From Yuukianura sp. NJ FZ-2021 (lineage: Eukaryota): a stretch of DNA of 64,000 nucleotides. The notes below the pieces were generated by a model. The model saw only the letters and a program-made list of their open reading frames with translations, was not told the origin of the DNA and did not search any database. Both the position numbers and the translations under genes were made by a program. Below are positions 1 to 12,802 of the stretch, piece after piece; positions within the stretch are counted from its first letter, which is position 1, and each line of letters starts with the position of its first letter. The stretch covers positions 5,394,001-5,458,000 of the forward strand of contig CM102288.1 of NCBI GenBank assembly GCA_046563655.1, written 5' to 3'.

Positions 1-462
1 ATCCAAAATTAATTTTCAAAAACGAAAACCTTCTGGAAATTACAAAAATACGGATATGAAAAACCGAGAAATGTCTAAGATGTGTTATAATTAATGCAAT
101 AAAAGAAAACCGTGTAACTAACCTGCTGTATTTAGAAAAATAGTTTTTTTCAAAATTCACCTTTACTGATGTGATTGGCGTAACTACAAAGAAAAATTAA
201 TTCTGCTAAATGACTCAAAAAAATTGGGGCATCATGAAAACTCAGGCTCTCTTCTAATATAATTCAGGCTGTCATTCGACTTAAAATTTTAAGTTTGGCA
301 GGAAAACGTCTTTTGTGCACGAGCATGTCCAGGTCAAATCATTTGTTAAAATTCAGAATCGGATCAAGTAAAATTCAGGTTGAAGATTTAACAGTACCAG
401 AAAAATTTCATTATTATAGCAGAACTGGTGACAAGTCGTCTGGTCGGATCCAGCAACTAAGA

Positions 463-2811
463 ATGAATTTAATCCTTATCTTGATTTTTGTAACTTTAGT
501 TTCAAAAACTTGCGACAGTTTTCCCGCTCAACTACGAGGTTAAAATATATAAATTACGTAAAACAATTAGTAATAATAAGAAAAAGAATTTCAAATATTT
601 ATTCGGAAATTCACAACGCAGTATAACCGCAATATAGAACGACCGTCTAATCCTCAGAATTGCGACCCTAACAAACCCTAAGCTAAAGTTGTGAGGATTA
701 TTCAACGCAGCCTAAACTGTGTTATCAATTTTACGGTCTTATTCTTTCAATTATTAGAGCCAAGTGAAGCTGAAACTGTGGCTCCGATCACGAGAGGGCT
801 TTCGAAAAGAGGAGAAACGTGGTCAAAAGGAATTGTTTACTATAATTTCAATAGTGATGTTGGTAAGTATTTATTTCGTATTTCCCTTTTAAGTTTTTTT
901 TAATTCGAATTGGTAATTATAAATTTCCAGAACAGAAAACAAGAAACACAATACTGATGGCTATGAAGGCAATCAGTGATGCTACGCAGTCTGTTGTTAA
1001 GTTTGTGGAAAATAAAGACCACGAGAAGGAAGACGTAGTGGTTATTTATCAAACTTACCAAGGCCATAGCTGCTTTGCGCAATTAGGTTACCACGAATTC
1101 AGGACGGTATGAAGAAGAATGTTATTTCCGTAAAAAATACACTCTCTTGCAAAGACGATATAAATAAGTATCGCCAGATGAATTATAGAGAGCTCTCGCA
1201 CAGGGTATTGTTGACCTTCCCTTGATACTTTTAGAGGTCACTTGAGGTCATCAAAATCCCAGCAAAACAAACCGTTTCCGAGTCTGTGCATCCGGTTCCG
1301 TATTGTAAATGCAGCAAAACCTTGACCTTTGGCACCATTAGAGGTGATGTGAGGTGGATCCGAAAACGGATTCTTAGTCATCTTGTCAGTAGTTATTAAT
1401 TAGATGAGAAAACCGCTTAGAAATCAGTGTAGTGGTTATCGAGTTATAATCATTACAGACGGACGGACGGACAAGACGATCCCTATAAGTATCTGACAAT
1501 ACTGAATAAACGGTTGGATTAAGGGTTAATTGTATCTGTTGTAGCCACATAACTAGGGGTCGGAATCCGGAACGGGTTTCTTAAAATCCGGATTTCGGAT
1601 TTTGACGGATTTCAATCCTGAAATCCGGATTTATATGATACAGATATTGTATATGATACAGAGATTACGACTGACAATTATTCCTTACTTCAACCAACAA
1701 AACCACTTTGCAGAATCTTTGTCTTGTCAGAAATGACCGACCAAAAAGCATACTCAGTATGCCATTGCGCATTTTGCGAAACCAATATGTCTTCCCAATC
1801 ATATTCCATTTTTGTCTTTGATACAAATTCGGTTATTCCTACTCATGAGTACAAGTAATCCGTAAACTAACCTAATTTGTTAGATTATTAACGTGATTGT
1901 GCGTTATTAGGTAATGGCAGTTGTATTTGGTACAAAAAGAGTGGATTGCGGGAACGACCCCAAATTGAACGGTGTCGGAATTGCTGTACATGAATTGATG
2001 CATGTCCTTGGTTTTGTACATGAATTTGAAAGACATGATCGTGACGAATACATCGAGTTCAATTACAAAGCACTTGTAAAATTCTTTAAAGACACCGGTT
2101 TAGGAGGTAAAAAAAAACAAGCAAAAAAATATTTTTCATTATTTGGAATTGTGTTGTTGTCATGTCCACAATTTGACTTTTGAATTTGTCCAAAGATGTG
2201 AGTGAGGGTGAAGCTAAGCATGCTGTTCGTATTGCGGATGGCGGAGATGATACAAAAGGCATTCCATTCAACTTTAAGAGCATCATGCAGTATGATTTTT
2301 CCAACGTCATTACTGAAAAAGTTAAAAATGCAAATTTATTACCAAAATTTCAAATTTTGAAAGCTGTCACAAAAAAATATGAAGTTACGAAAATCATTTT
2401 CTTTTGTTGCAGCCAAATCCAAGCCCAAAAGCAATTGGACATAAGAACAACATGGGTCAAATCTGTAGTATTAGTGCTGGAGACAGGAACTTGATTATTA
2501 AAACGTATTATGCTCTGAGTGGTGGAAAAGGCAGTAAGCTACTTTATTATAATATATTGCATATTATATATAGTAGTGTTGTATATACCGTAAATTGTCA
2601 TAGAATACATGCACCCGGTGTACTATTTAAGTGCAGTGTACTATTAGGAAATTTACGGTACACCCGGTGTGTTTATAATATAACTTAATACCGTAAGTTT
2701 ATTGTTCTAGCTCCAAAGCTGTATAAGGGAAACGAAGACTATAGACTACCAGGATATGGAAAAGGAGGTTGCCGCGAGAAACCGATGAGCAAGGACGATG
2801 AAATGCAATAA
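463..2811 (+). CDS. Astacin-family (M12A) secreted zinc metalloprotease, ~7 exons
   Basis: Signal peptide MNLILILIFVTLVSKTCDS (ATG 463). Exons ~463-538, 758-862, 931-1106, 1911-2107, 2196-2320, 2413-~2533, 2711-2811 join in frame. Astacin zinc motif HELMHVLGFVHEFERHDRDEYI, Met-turn SIMQY, N-terminal W..GIVYY. AATAAA near 2869. Confidence 0.9.
1162..1510. mobile_element. Helentron-associated/DINE-1-like non-autonomous element in astacin intron 3
   Basis: Subterminal inverted repeat AGTATCGCCAGAT (1167-1179) / ATCTGACAATACT (1491-1503), a GACG/GACA microsatellite ACAGACGGACGGACGGACA (~1455-1473), a 3' stem-loop AGTAT-CTGACA-ATACT, AT-rich flanks. Confidence 0.6.
1554..1632. repeat. Truncated TIR-element end with repeated AATCCGGATT motifs
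   Basis: Starts TAGGGGTCGG, followed by several short palindromic (A)ATCCGGAT(T) motifs, as in subterminal repeats of hAT-type elements; no matching second end found. Confidence 0.35.
2586..2660. mobile_element. Tiny TA-flanked MITE remnant (Tc1/mariner/pogo-like) in astacin last intron
   Basis: TACCGTAAATT (2586-2596) ... AATTTACGGTA (2650-2660) inverted termini with TA at both ends. Confidence 0.5.
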
Positions 2812-3619
2812 AAACGTTAAATACGGCGTTATTATAAACATTTACTTATATTATAAAAATATCAAATTAAATAAAAATATTTTAATGCCCAATAATATTA
2901 TAATAATACCTTGAGTTTTTCCGAAACTATGCTACTATGCGCTCTCCGTGCCTTCAACTTTTGTTAGTTCCGTATCAGGCATCGTTTCTCGAGCAAACTT
3001 TCTCCAAACCAGTACCATTCTAATCACGTTTTCTACGTTCTACTGAACAAAACGTAACTTTACCCCCCGTCATTGTCTTCTGCTCAACAAAAAAGTTTGG
3101 CAGTGGCTTTCCTTCATTTTTATTCCAGAAAGTAGTTGTTTCCTGTCTGTGTGCTTGTCTATTTTTGCAACGTTGTTTGCATGCCAAAGAGAAAGTACAG
3201 GTAACCTGAAGGAGTCTAACGACTTGTCGTTCCAGGAACCCAAATGATGGTGAGAATGAGGCTCATTTCCGCTGTAAATGGGGATGCATGTCTAATTTAT
3301 AACTCTCTACGACTACTTTGTTCTAACGCTACCTTGAGGCCTTCACAGGAAACCACACAATAGAAATAGTTGTGTAACGTCTTAACTCTAGTCACACTAA
3401 AGCACGAGGCCATGGTGTCCCATTCTCTAAAACGATTTTATTTTCACTTCATGTGTAACTGTCGTAGTTGTAGTAGCTTTAGCATAGTAATGGACGACAA
3501 CAGGAAAACGGATGCATTTCGAGGCGGCAATGAATGCCATGGGGATGTTTACTTTGTCCGGAGACATTGAAGGATTTAAACTGTCCCGCCAGTTGGATCC
3601 AAGTTAGGCCATTGTCATG

Positions 3620-3915
3620 GTTCAACTAGAATTACTGCAAGGTTCCTTGACAACGAAAAGTGGATTTTTTTAGCAGGTTGGGTACTACCTCGCTTGTTGA
3701 CAAAAAAACGTTAAAAAATGTTGTAACAAAGCGAAAAATTGGTACCAACTTGGTACCAACTTGTATGCAAAATTTTAAAAATTAGCTGTATTGTTATCAC
3801 TAGAATGACCCGAAATAAAAAGGTACTCTTTTTCTGGAAAATCCAAAAACATGAGGTATTACCCAGCCTGTTGAAGAAAATTAATAGTCAACTAACCTTG
3901 AATTACTAGTTCAAA
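3620..3915. mobile_element. Degenerate palindromic MITE
   Basis: Nested inverted blocks: TTCAACTAGAATT/AATTACTAGTTCAA, CAAGGTTCCTTGA/TCAACTAACCTTG, CAGGTTGGGTACTACCTC/GAGGTATTACCCAGCCTG. A tandem TTGGTACCAAC duplication lies near the centre. Confidence 0.55.
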
Positions 3916-6900
3916 TGGAGTTGGTTCCACAAGCCTGGATTGATTTGCGATTAGGTACAACTGAGCTTTGGTCAACTTCTTTTTGATCTTAGTTTCAGTT
4001 CACAAGCTTATGGTATTTACTTTTTAACAGTAAAGACTCAAGCAGAAATTTTAGTACGAGTTTTAGTTTTAGTACAAGTTTTAACTATTATTTTATTATT
4101 TTATATTCCACTTTTGTTTTACAGTAGCCCTTAAAACAGTATGTTCTCGATCTCAGGTTTAGTCTAAATGCCAATGGATAACTGTAAAAACCTGGATTAG
4201 AAATGTTAAGCCGAGAGTTAGCGTAACAGTACTTGCTTTATAGTGTAATGCTGCGATTTCTGAAGATAGCGTTGTTTGCTCCAACAAAATGGAAATTGTC
4301 CATTAGAGTAGTTTGTTACGTGTGTGCTTTGATTCATTGATTTTTGGAACCTCTGAATAATTCCACTTACTTTGGCTACTAACTCTGTATAACTTTTTTT
4401 GTCCTTATTTTTTGGCATTACGAATGAAACGATATCTCGGTGCGATACTTAGAACATTCGAAGTCGATACTTAGAATTCCAGAACCAAATTGAGTGACAT
4501 GTTAAAGATGTGAATCGGAAGTGAAAGTCTTTCTTAAGTAAAATTTCAACGATTTCCGAGACGACAGTGGATTTTGCAACCGGCAGAAATTGGTCTCTTG
4601 TTCCAATCCATTTGTTTCCTGTCTCCTCAAAGTTTTGCAAGAAACAGATTTTTCCTTCTTAAAAAAACGAGTCAAATTATGAACGCTAGATACGGCAGAA
4701 GTGAAAGTGTAGAAAATGGAACAGTAACAGTTTCATGTGCTCCTCGCATGAAATTAAAATTCCCGCGTCTGAATTATGAGACTTCGCTGGAATGCCTATT
4801 GACACTTAACTCATGTTGCACAGTGCCATTACGCCATTTCCAACACTTTTCTCACTTTCTCATTTTCGTTTTCGAAAATACAAAAGGAAAAGGAGGCGAA
4901 GCAAGAATGTTGTAAACCTGCCAAAATAATTTCTCTGTAGGCTACATTTTTTTTTGAAAAAAAAAAGGCATCTCATGCTCCATTTTGACAAAAAAAAAAT
5001 CTTTTGTTTTTGGATGGTTTCGGTTTCTTGGCTTTTGAAAGTGAGATTTTGCCAGGAGAAAGCAGGTTTCAAAACTCTTTCAACTTTTGCTGGAACAAAA
5101 ACAACAAAAAATATGAAGGTCACGAACAAGCATCTGCAAAAAAAAACAAACTTTGACCTTTAACCTTTTATACTGTAAAAGTTGCTGTAACTGACAGATT
5201 ATGCAATATGGAACAGTGTGCTCTCTAGCATGGGCTATCAACAAGGAATTTTTCCATTTTTTCCAATGCTGTAATTTGTGACCAGAAATGGCAGAGTGCG
5301 CGTATGGAGATTACGTTGCAAGAAACGCGCGAATTCGCGCGAACTGATTCCATCTTCTTGTTAGTTGGTTTCCATTGTACTTTTGGTTTATTGTTCAAAC
5401 CCAAACGCGTGTTTGGACAATGAAGGTAAAGCAAATTGCTTCTGATTTCAAAAGCAGCCCGGGACTTTCACTTTGACTGTCACGCTGATTATGGCTCATG
5501 TAACACCCACCCAATATCCTGCGCTGAATGTAAGCCTAAAGCACTTAAAGTCACATTTTTGGTGGTTTTTGGTCTTTTAAAATTTGATTCTTAGGTTACG
5601 TAAGGCGGCCCTAAGCACTATCTGCTTTCTCTTTCTCATTCGTGCAGAAGAAAGTGATAAGTTAGCATCCACACGTTTAGACTTTTACCTTTACGTTTTT
5701 CCATAAATCAAATCTACTCCTCTCTATTCATCTGCACACATAAGACTTTCACTTTCTATTCAAAGGAAGAGAAAAGCAAAAAAGAAAAGGAAATTGAAGA
5801 ATAAAAAGTGGACCACATTCTTCTTTTTTGAAAAAAGAAGTTCTTTTTTCTTTTTTCGAACAAAAGAATTCCTTCAATTTTGGTCGAGGGAGAAAGGAAA
5901 GTTTGGTGCTGTTGGTATTTGTGCCTTGGAAAATGAAATCATGCATGCATGGGCAGGGAGAGACGGGATTTGGAAAGTAGTTGGAAAGAGGCTGGTGGAT
6001 AATGGCCAACATCTAGAGACTTTACATGCTACAAAACCCTTAAGGACCAACATGAATCTTAGGTGACGTTTTCCTCTACTCTGCTTGGTTGGAGGAAAAA
6101 CAACCCAAACTAAACCTACAACTCACATTTATTTACATTCCGCAATTTATTCTTATACTTTTATTTAAACATCGAACTTTTTTCAATAGAAAATGTTCCC
6201 AAGTTTGCTGATTTCAAATCTAAGACTTGAAGCTGCAATGTGAAATGTACAACAATGAAGGGTAGCAATAAATTTTAAGTCAATATGAATGATAAAAAGC
6301 GGTAAAAAATATACACTAAATATTTTTCCGCTCAACTTGAGATTATTGTAAACTGCTAAGAAAAGACCTAAGTACAAAAAAAATATTTATGAACTTTTCA
6401 TTATTCTCCAAAAATTAAAAACTTTGTAATATTATCTCAATTTAATTTTTTTTTTTTTGAGTATTGTGCCGAATTTTCAAAAAGTCAGCTGAATAATTAA
6501 TTTCTGTATAATTCTTTTAGCAACCCAGAAACTGATTCTTAAATGAAAAAATGAAAGAAGATTGAGTTTCAGATTTCATTATTCTCAAAATTCGTTTTTG
6601 AAATTTTTGAAAACTGAATTAGGATTCTAAGACCTAAGGATAGTAATTGGATTCCAAGACTCAAATTTATACGCCAACATTAAAAATATCCTTTCAGGAA
6701 ATTTTTTTTTTTGCTTACTTTCTCTCGAAACCTAATGAAAAGGAAACGGATACAAAAGAAGGAGTGAAAGCGTCGACTTTCCCCGCTTCCCTTGTCTCCG
6801 CTTTCATTTTCATAGAAGAAGAATGAAGCTAAGAGTAATCGCTTTTTCAAAAAAGACAAAAAAATCAGATTAAAACGGAAATTCATTTAATAAAATTTTG

Positions 6901-7037
6901 TAAAAAGAAAAGTTGACTTTCCGGTGGAAACGTTACTCTGCGTCAAGAGTTCTAGTAATCAATTCATTAATCAAAGGTCACAGTTCAGCAAAGTGAGGAA
7001 AATAAGTTAGGCTAGCTTTACCACTTTCTCTTCCTCC

Positions 7038-7381
7038 CAGTGTTGCTAGATATCCACTTTTTCGACATTTCGTCCACGGCTGCGTATCCAGTGGAAGAAA
7101 ATGGACGAAATGGATGGGGATTTGGATGGATCCAAAGGGGTGGAGTTTTGCCCGCAAGGTTTAAATTAATTAGCTACAAAAAGCTCAAACAAGTCAAAAT
7201 AACTTGCAAAAACGAAGAAAATATAGTTTTTTATATGAATTTTAAATAAATAATTAAAATTGTTTTTGAATTTCACGCTAAATTCTTAATTTCTCCCATC
7301 CACTAAATATTTTATTCATTTCAGGGTGCATTTCTGTGGCAATTAAGCCACTACTGGACGTTTAAGCGTCCAGCAACAATA
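7038..7381. mobile_element. hAT-type MITE, older copy of the element at 46969-47365
   Basis: Both ends align with the 46969 copy (CAGTGTTG.T.GATATCCACTTTTTCGACATTTC ... CAATTAAGCCACT..GGACGTTTAAGCGTCCA.CAACA). Right TIR decayed, no clear TSD. Confidence 0.75.
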
Positions 7382-8520
7382 TGCGGTTTCTCCTCGCGTT
7401 TGGCTTTCTTTATTCTTTTTTGAAAAGTTGGCGCTGCATCAACTGTTTAGGATAAAAAAAAGTGAGATTTTTCACTTTTTGAGATTTTGAACTGTTTTAG
7501 GTTAGGTTAAGGATATTTGTGGTAGTCGTTATTCCCATTGTCTTCGGTTCAGTTCCTTCTATCAAATCGATTTTTCACTTGGTTAAACTTGTGAAAGAGA
7601 GATTTTCAGCTAAAGGAAGAAAAGCGAAAAAGAAAGCTTCCTTTAATATCCTTTCCTGTCTTGTCAGCCTCCTTTTTTAAAATGTAATTACAAAAAAAAA
7701 ATTGAAAAAAAAGAGGAAAATTCCATTCGTAGGCCAATTTTCTCCAAAACACTAATGATAATCCGTACTGTTCAAATTCACTGAAGATTTAAGTCCATCA
7801 CTTTTTTGAGTGTACTTTAGTAGCATTACAACACTGATGTAAACTAACAAACCAACTAGTTTTGCCCTACTTTTTCCAATTTTTATCCATTTGAAAACAT
7901 TTTTTTTTCAAAGTCAGAACTTTTTTGGCAAATGCAATTACTATTTTTCCTTTTCATAGAAATTTAAAAATTCCAAAAAATCAAAATGAGACGCTTCCAA
8001 TGGAGTCTGAAATTGAGGAGCATCTTGGTCTCAATTTTAGTAAAATTTTGAAAACAAGCAGAACCTAAAGCAGTGCCAAAAGTATTTTTTGTGAACCGTA
8101 ATCATAAAAACCAAAATGCTTTCTCCGCACTTTCTCTCAATCCACTTTCCTTAATAAAACTAAAGGAAAAGGGAACATTAAAACCCATTTTCCATTTGGT
8201 TTCAACTCCCGCCATTTAGAGTTACTGCAGATGCCAGGACTTTCTTATGGAGAAATTAAGGCTTTATCATTTCTCGACTTAAGGACGTGTGTTATGCGTC
8301 TAATAAACAATAATCGTTAAATTTAGTAACCACGATAACGGAGCTTGTGCAGTTAGTAAAACATGCAGACATCGACAAAAAGAAACACCCTTAAGTGAGT
8401 GGTGAAAAAGGATCAGTGGAAAGATGATCAAAAAAAGTATGCACTTTCAAACAAACAAACTACTGACACAAGTTCGGTTGCCGTCGTCTGGGTTTTAAAA
8501 TAACTTTTCCGAGACAGTGA

Positions 8521-8815
8521 CATTGAAATTGAAAAATGGCGTGGCTCAGCGTAGGAAGGTCGTACAATGACCCACAATATATCAAACTTTAGGAAAAGAC
8601 TTGATCTAGTACCCTGTCGGAGAAAATTACACAATTTTAGTTCTAACTGTGAAAAAATTGACTCAAACATTCCACCTCCATATTTACATAGATAGAACTA
8701 AAATTGTGTAATTTTCTCCGACAGGGTACTAGATCAAGTCTTTTCCTAAAGTTTGATATATTGTTGGTCAATGTACGACCTTCCTACGCTGATCCAGACC
8801 ATTTTCCATTTGATG
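8521..8815. mobile_element. Foldback/MITE with ~100 bp near-perfect inverted arms
   Basis: 8546-8645 is the near-exact reverse complement of 8693-8792, with ~25 bp degenerate extension on each side and a ~47 bp spacer. This explains the mirror ORFs 8428-8670(-) and 8704-9015(+). Confidence 0.75.
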
Positions 8816-9239
8816 AGTTACAGCCGCATTTTGACCCCCCGTTTCCAGGGTGTTCGCACACCTTAAAAACAAATCTCCTTCCTCCAAAATTGAATGACTT
8901 TGGCATTTGCATCCACACAACAAAAATACACACAAAACAGTTTCCTCTTTTCGTTTATATTTTTTCAAACAAATTTTTACACAAGGCAATAGATAACGTG
9001 AAGACTAGCTTCTAGCCGAAGGAACAGAAAATGTCAGGAAGAAGTGTGTGCCAAACTGCAGTAGTGATAATTCTGGCCTTATATTACTTTTTGTATGCAT
9101 TTTTTTTTGAAAAATTCGTGTTTTTTTTTGAAAAAGTAAAGCAAAATTTAGCCAAAAATGAAATAGTTGTACACAATCTCTCCAGTCATGTATGTTTCAA
9201 ACCTTCATTTGACAATGAAAAAGGAACAACCGCGTGTAA

Positions 9240-10012
9240 AGCCCGAATCACATTGCAGGCCTTGCGTCGTGCGTCAACTTTAAAGTTGACGCTCAGAATT
9301 AAAGCGCGTTGATTTTGACGCAGACCCGAAGGCTATCACACTGCGAGCTCTGGCGTTGAAAAAAAAGCAGCTTCAAAAAAAACGCACAGATTTTCCTACA
9401 CCTACTATGACTGATCCTAGGCTATGACTTATAGCCTATGAGGAACATGCAGAAAAGTATTGGATATGGACGAACAGCTGAGAAGCTGAGGTTAAATGTA
9501 ATTCTTGGTCAATTTCAGTGCTTGACCTTCCGTTTCTTAACTTTCCCATTAAAGTCAAGGTTCTTCACCCATTTTTCCATAAATTAATTAAATAAAATAA
9601 TTAAATACAAATAACAAGTCCGGCGCCGGAACTTCTAACGATATTTTGATTCAGTAATGCAAAATGGACATTACCTGACTTGAAACTGAAGTTAAACCAT
9701 GTCATAGTTAGTTAAAGTTCAAATAGCAGATGGTAAACAATTAAAAAAACAGACGATTCAATTTTGACGCGAAGAAAAGTTGAACCAAGTTCAACTTCTC
9801 ATCGCGTCAACTTTTCTTGACGCGACGTCAGTTTTGAATCGGAAGGAGGCAGTGTGATAGCTCCCCGATTTTGAGGTGGCGTTGAGTTTGAGGCTGAGAA
9901 AAAACGCGCGTCAACTCAACGCAGCCTCAAATCCAATGTGATAGCCTTTTTCTCGCGTTGGATTCAAATCCAACGCAAAAAGTTGAGGTGCGTCGGCAAT
10001 GTGATACGGGCT
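9240..10012. mobile_element. PIF/Harbinger-type non-autonomous element
   Basis: TIR AGCCCGAATCACATTGC / GCAATGTGATACGGGCT, flanked by TAA on both sides (9237-9239, 10013-10015). Internal TIR-like copies (GGCTATCACACTGC ~9331; GCAGTGTGATAGC ~9849; AATGTGATAGCC ~9935) and many GCGTCAA/TTGACGC motifs. Confidence 0.75.
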
Positions 10013-11124
10013 TAAGGCGTGAAGCGAAGCTTGTTTGAAGAAGCACTTCAAATAGGAAAATAAACGTTTTCTGGATAAACAGCTAAACAAAAGACCAAGC
10101 GACAACAATTGGTTTCCGCTACTAAATAAAACATTCATTTTAAATTGAAATCTTTCAATTTGATTACGTAATGTACTAAGGATTTAAATGTTAAAACAAA
10201 GCCGAACTGATCAAACGTTACAACTGTTTAATTGACATAGCAAGACAAAAACTTGGTCCTTCATCATCCTCAATCCAATCATTTTTTCAATTACTCTACT
10301 TCAACCCAATTCTTTCAAAAGACTTTCTCTTAAAACAATCAATTTACTTGCGGTAATCTATCTTCTTCTTCGTCCTCGAGAATGTCCAACTCCGCCTCTT
10401 TTGCAAAAGCTGCATTATGCAGTGCCCTTATTGTCTGTCCGTCCGTGCAATGAAAATTTTAGTGAAATTTAGTACAGCCATGCACACACAGTCCTAACAC
10501 ACAGGAATTTTATGTTTTGTTGTTTTCCTTGTTTAACGCCTGATGTTATTTTCATTTTTACATTTGTGAGGAGAAAACAATTAAGAAAACGACTTATTGC
10601 CTAACGTGTTAAAGAAAACACTTTGTTTTTGTTTACGAACCTTGGTATTTCTGGAGTCTATTCTTCCAGTTCGATCTGAACGCAAAACTTTAAAAAGATA
10701 GTTTTTTATCTGGCGAAAGTCGACATTGTCGATTTTTCATTCTTAATCGGTTGAGCTTCCCAGACCTTGTAATTCACCATAAAGCACTTTTTCAATATCC
10801 ACTAATAGAGAACTGGAGGCGTGCTGCCGCCAAAATTTGAATTTGTCCGCGAAGGAAGTGGGAGTGTCAGTAGTCAAATCAGCATTTATATCAAAGATAG
10901 AAAACCAACCTTGGTGTTCACCAACCTTGGTGTGTGTTGGTGAAACTGTTTGATCTCATCCGCGTCGGCTCCGTTACCATTGGAAACAAAATGTACAACA
11001 AAGGAAAGCTGTCTGTTTTGTGAAGCCAAAGTTTATTTCTTACTGAAATTTCTTTCGAAAAGAAATTCTGAAAAGGATTTTTTAATAAAGTTTGAAGCAG
11101 ACCAGAGCTCTGCTCTGTTCAAGG

Positions 11125-12802
11125 ATGACGTCACCGATTCCGAATAATTCAGATGAAAATCTGCTTCTATATGTAAACGTAGGTGGTGAGTTGTTCTACA
11201 TTGTGATTCATCGTATGGAGGTGCAGGGTATTGAGCCACACCTTCAAAATACTGTTGCCCAGCAACTGATACTTGCCTTAACTTCTACCGACATTCTTCG
11301 AGACGTCACTACTGGACGACTTCGGTTTTGCGACCAGAAGCTGGATGCCCTGCGCAGTGTGCTCAAAGAACTTGTCGACGGAACTATCATGAAGATCAAT
11401 GACTTCTCCATGGAAAAGGTGACAAACAATTAATTTATTACAATAATAATATAGTATTCCTTTAATATTACATATTATTTATATTAAATACGCGAAAGCT
11501 ACTTTATGTATCCATCTCGTTTGTCTGTGCGTTCTGCTATCTATGCTGCTCCACGGACAACTGCGAACTGTTCGCATCAAATGTCGTGTTTCGCTACTTT
11601 GTACAAAAATTTTAACAATATTTTTACTTGATTTGGCAATTGAACCTGCCGGACAGGTTTGAAATCCGTGGCGGGCAAACTAAAATGGTGGCCAGATCGG
11701 CCATTTTCGTAAACTTTGTTTTAGCGCAAAAATATTTTTAATTTGAATTTTTTTCTGTAGTTGTTTGAACTGACGCTGATTGCTACCAAGTACCAGTACA
11801 CGGTTGCTGCTCACCCAAAGGACATTTTGCTCATTGCGTTGAATCATGTAGATAGTCTTCGGAGGTTTGCTCATGAGAGAGCAGGGCTTGACCTTACGGA
11901 GAGGCTTCATAATCTTTTAGTGGAAACGTTTGGCGGGAAAAGTTCACAGGAAATGGGAATGTATCGGTGGCAAATCCTGCACTACTTGGACGATGTCAAA
12001 CTCAAAATGACAAATCTCGTCAACCTTGGACTTCAGGACCAAAATGGAGAATTTGTTAAAACAGAGGCCGAGGAATTAGTTCACCCTGGTAAGTTTCTAC
12101 CTTCGAAACTTATTACTTTAAGAAATACTTCTAACACTTAATATAATACTAAGTATATTACGAAATATATGAAATTACAACTAAATTTATATATTTGTTT
12201 CCTTGGACAGAAGAAGAGGACATAGAAACGTTGGACGGCGGAAGGAAGCGAGAGCGCAGAAGAATGCACTCCCTTGAACTGAATGGCGACCGAGTTATAA
12301 CGCTTGGTCTTAGCATCTACAATCAACGGAATCAATTTAACCAAAAAAGTATATTTTTTCTTGCCTTCATTTTTACATGAAAAAAAAATCAAATTTTTAA
12401 ATTTTTAAATTTTCCTCTTTTTTTTTTGTGTAAGCTCCGCCGATTGAAGCAGAATCCCCGCCCAATTTCGCCAATGTTGCATCAGCTGAGCTCCAATTTG
12501 GCGAAGACTGTGCTAAGGCCGTCCAGGGCTTGGATTTTTGCAGTGTGTTGCTGCGAGGTACTGATTCCCCTCGGAAACCCGCGAATCGCAAGATGGACAA
12601 TTTATCAACTTTAGCTCAGATTCAGAAACAGGGGACACAGACGATTCGGATTGATGCAAACGCTGTGCGTTGCAGTACAAATCAAGCCCTGATTGAAATT
12701 GGAAGAAAACTGGAGGAAACGGAACTCGGGGACGCAGATAATCAGAAAGTGGGAAGTCGGAAAACGGATTTCTCACAACTGTTCGACATGTTTGCAGATT
12801 AA
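11125..12802 (+). CDS. OSCP1: OSCP1 (organic solute carrier partner 1) homolog, 4 coding exons
   Basis: LLLYVNVGGELFYIVIHRM, IMKINDFSMEK|LFELTLIATKYQ, HPKDILLIALNHVD, GLQDQNGEF and GDRVITLGLSIY match OSCP1 motifs. Exons ~11125-11418, 11761-12088, 12211-12348, 12434-12802. Confidence 0.85.

Noticed and set aside
4218..6886. Several 60-110 aa K/F-rich ORFs
   Set aside because: Low-complexity products of A/T runs with no domain motifs or exon chain.
8428..9015. Two ORFs on opposite strands with identical peptide (CNFLRQGTRSSLFLKFDIL)
   Set aside because: Artefact of the foldback inverted repeat.
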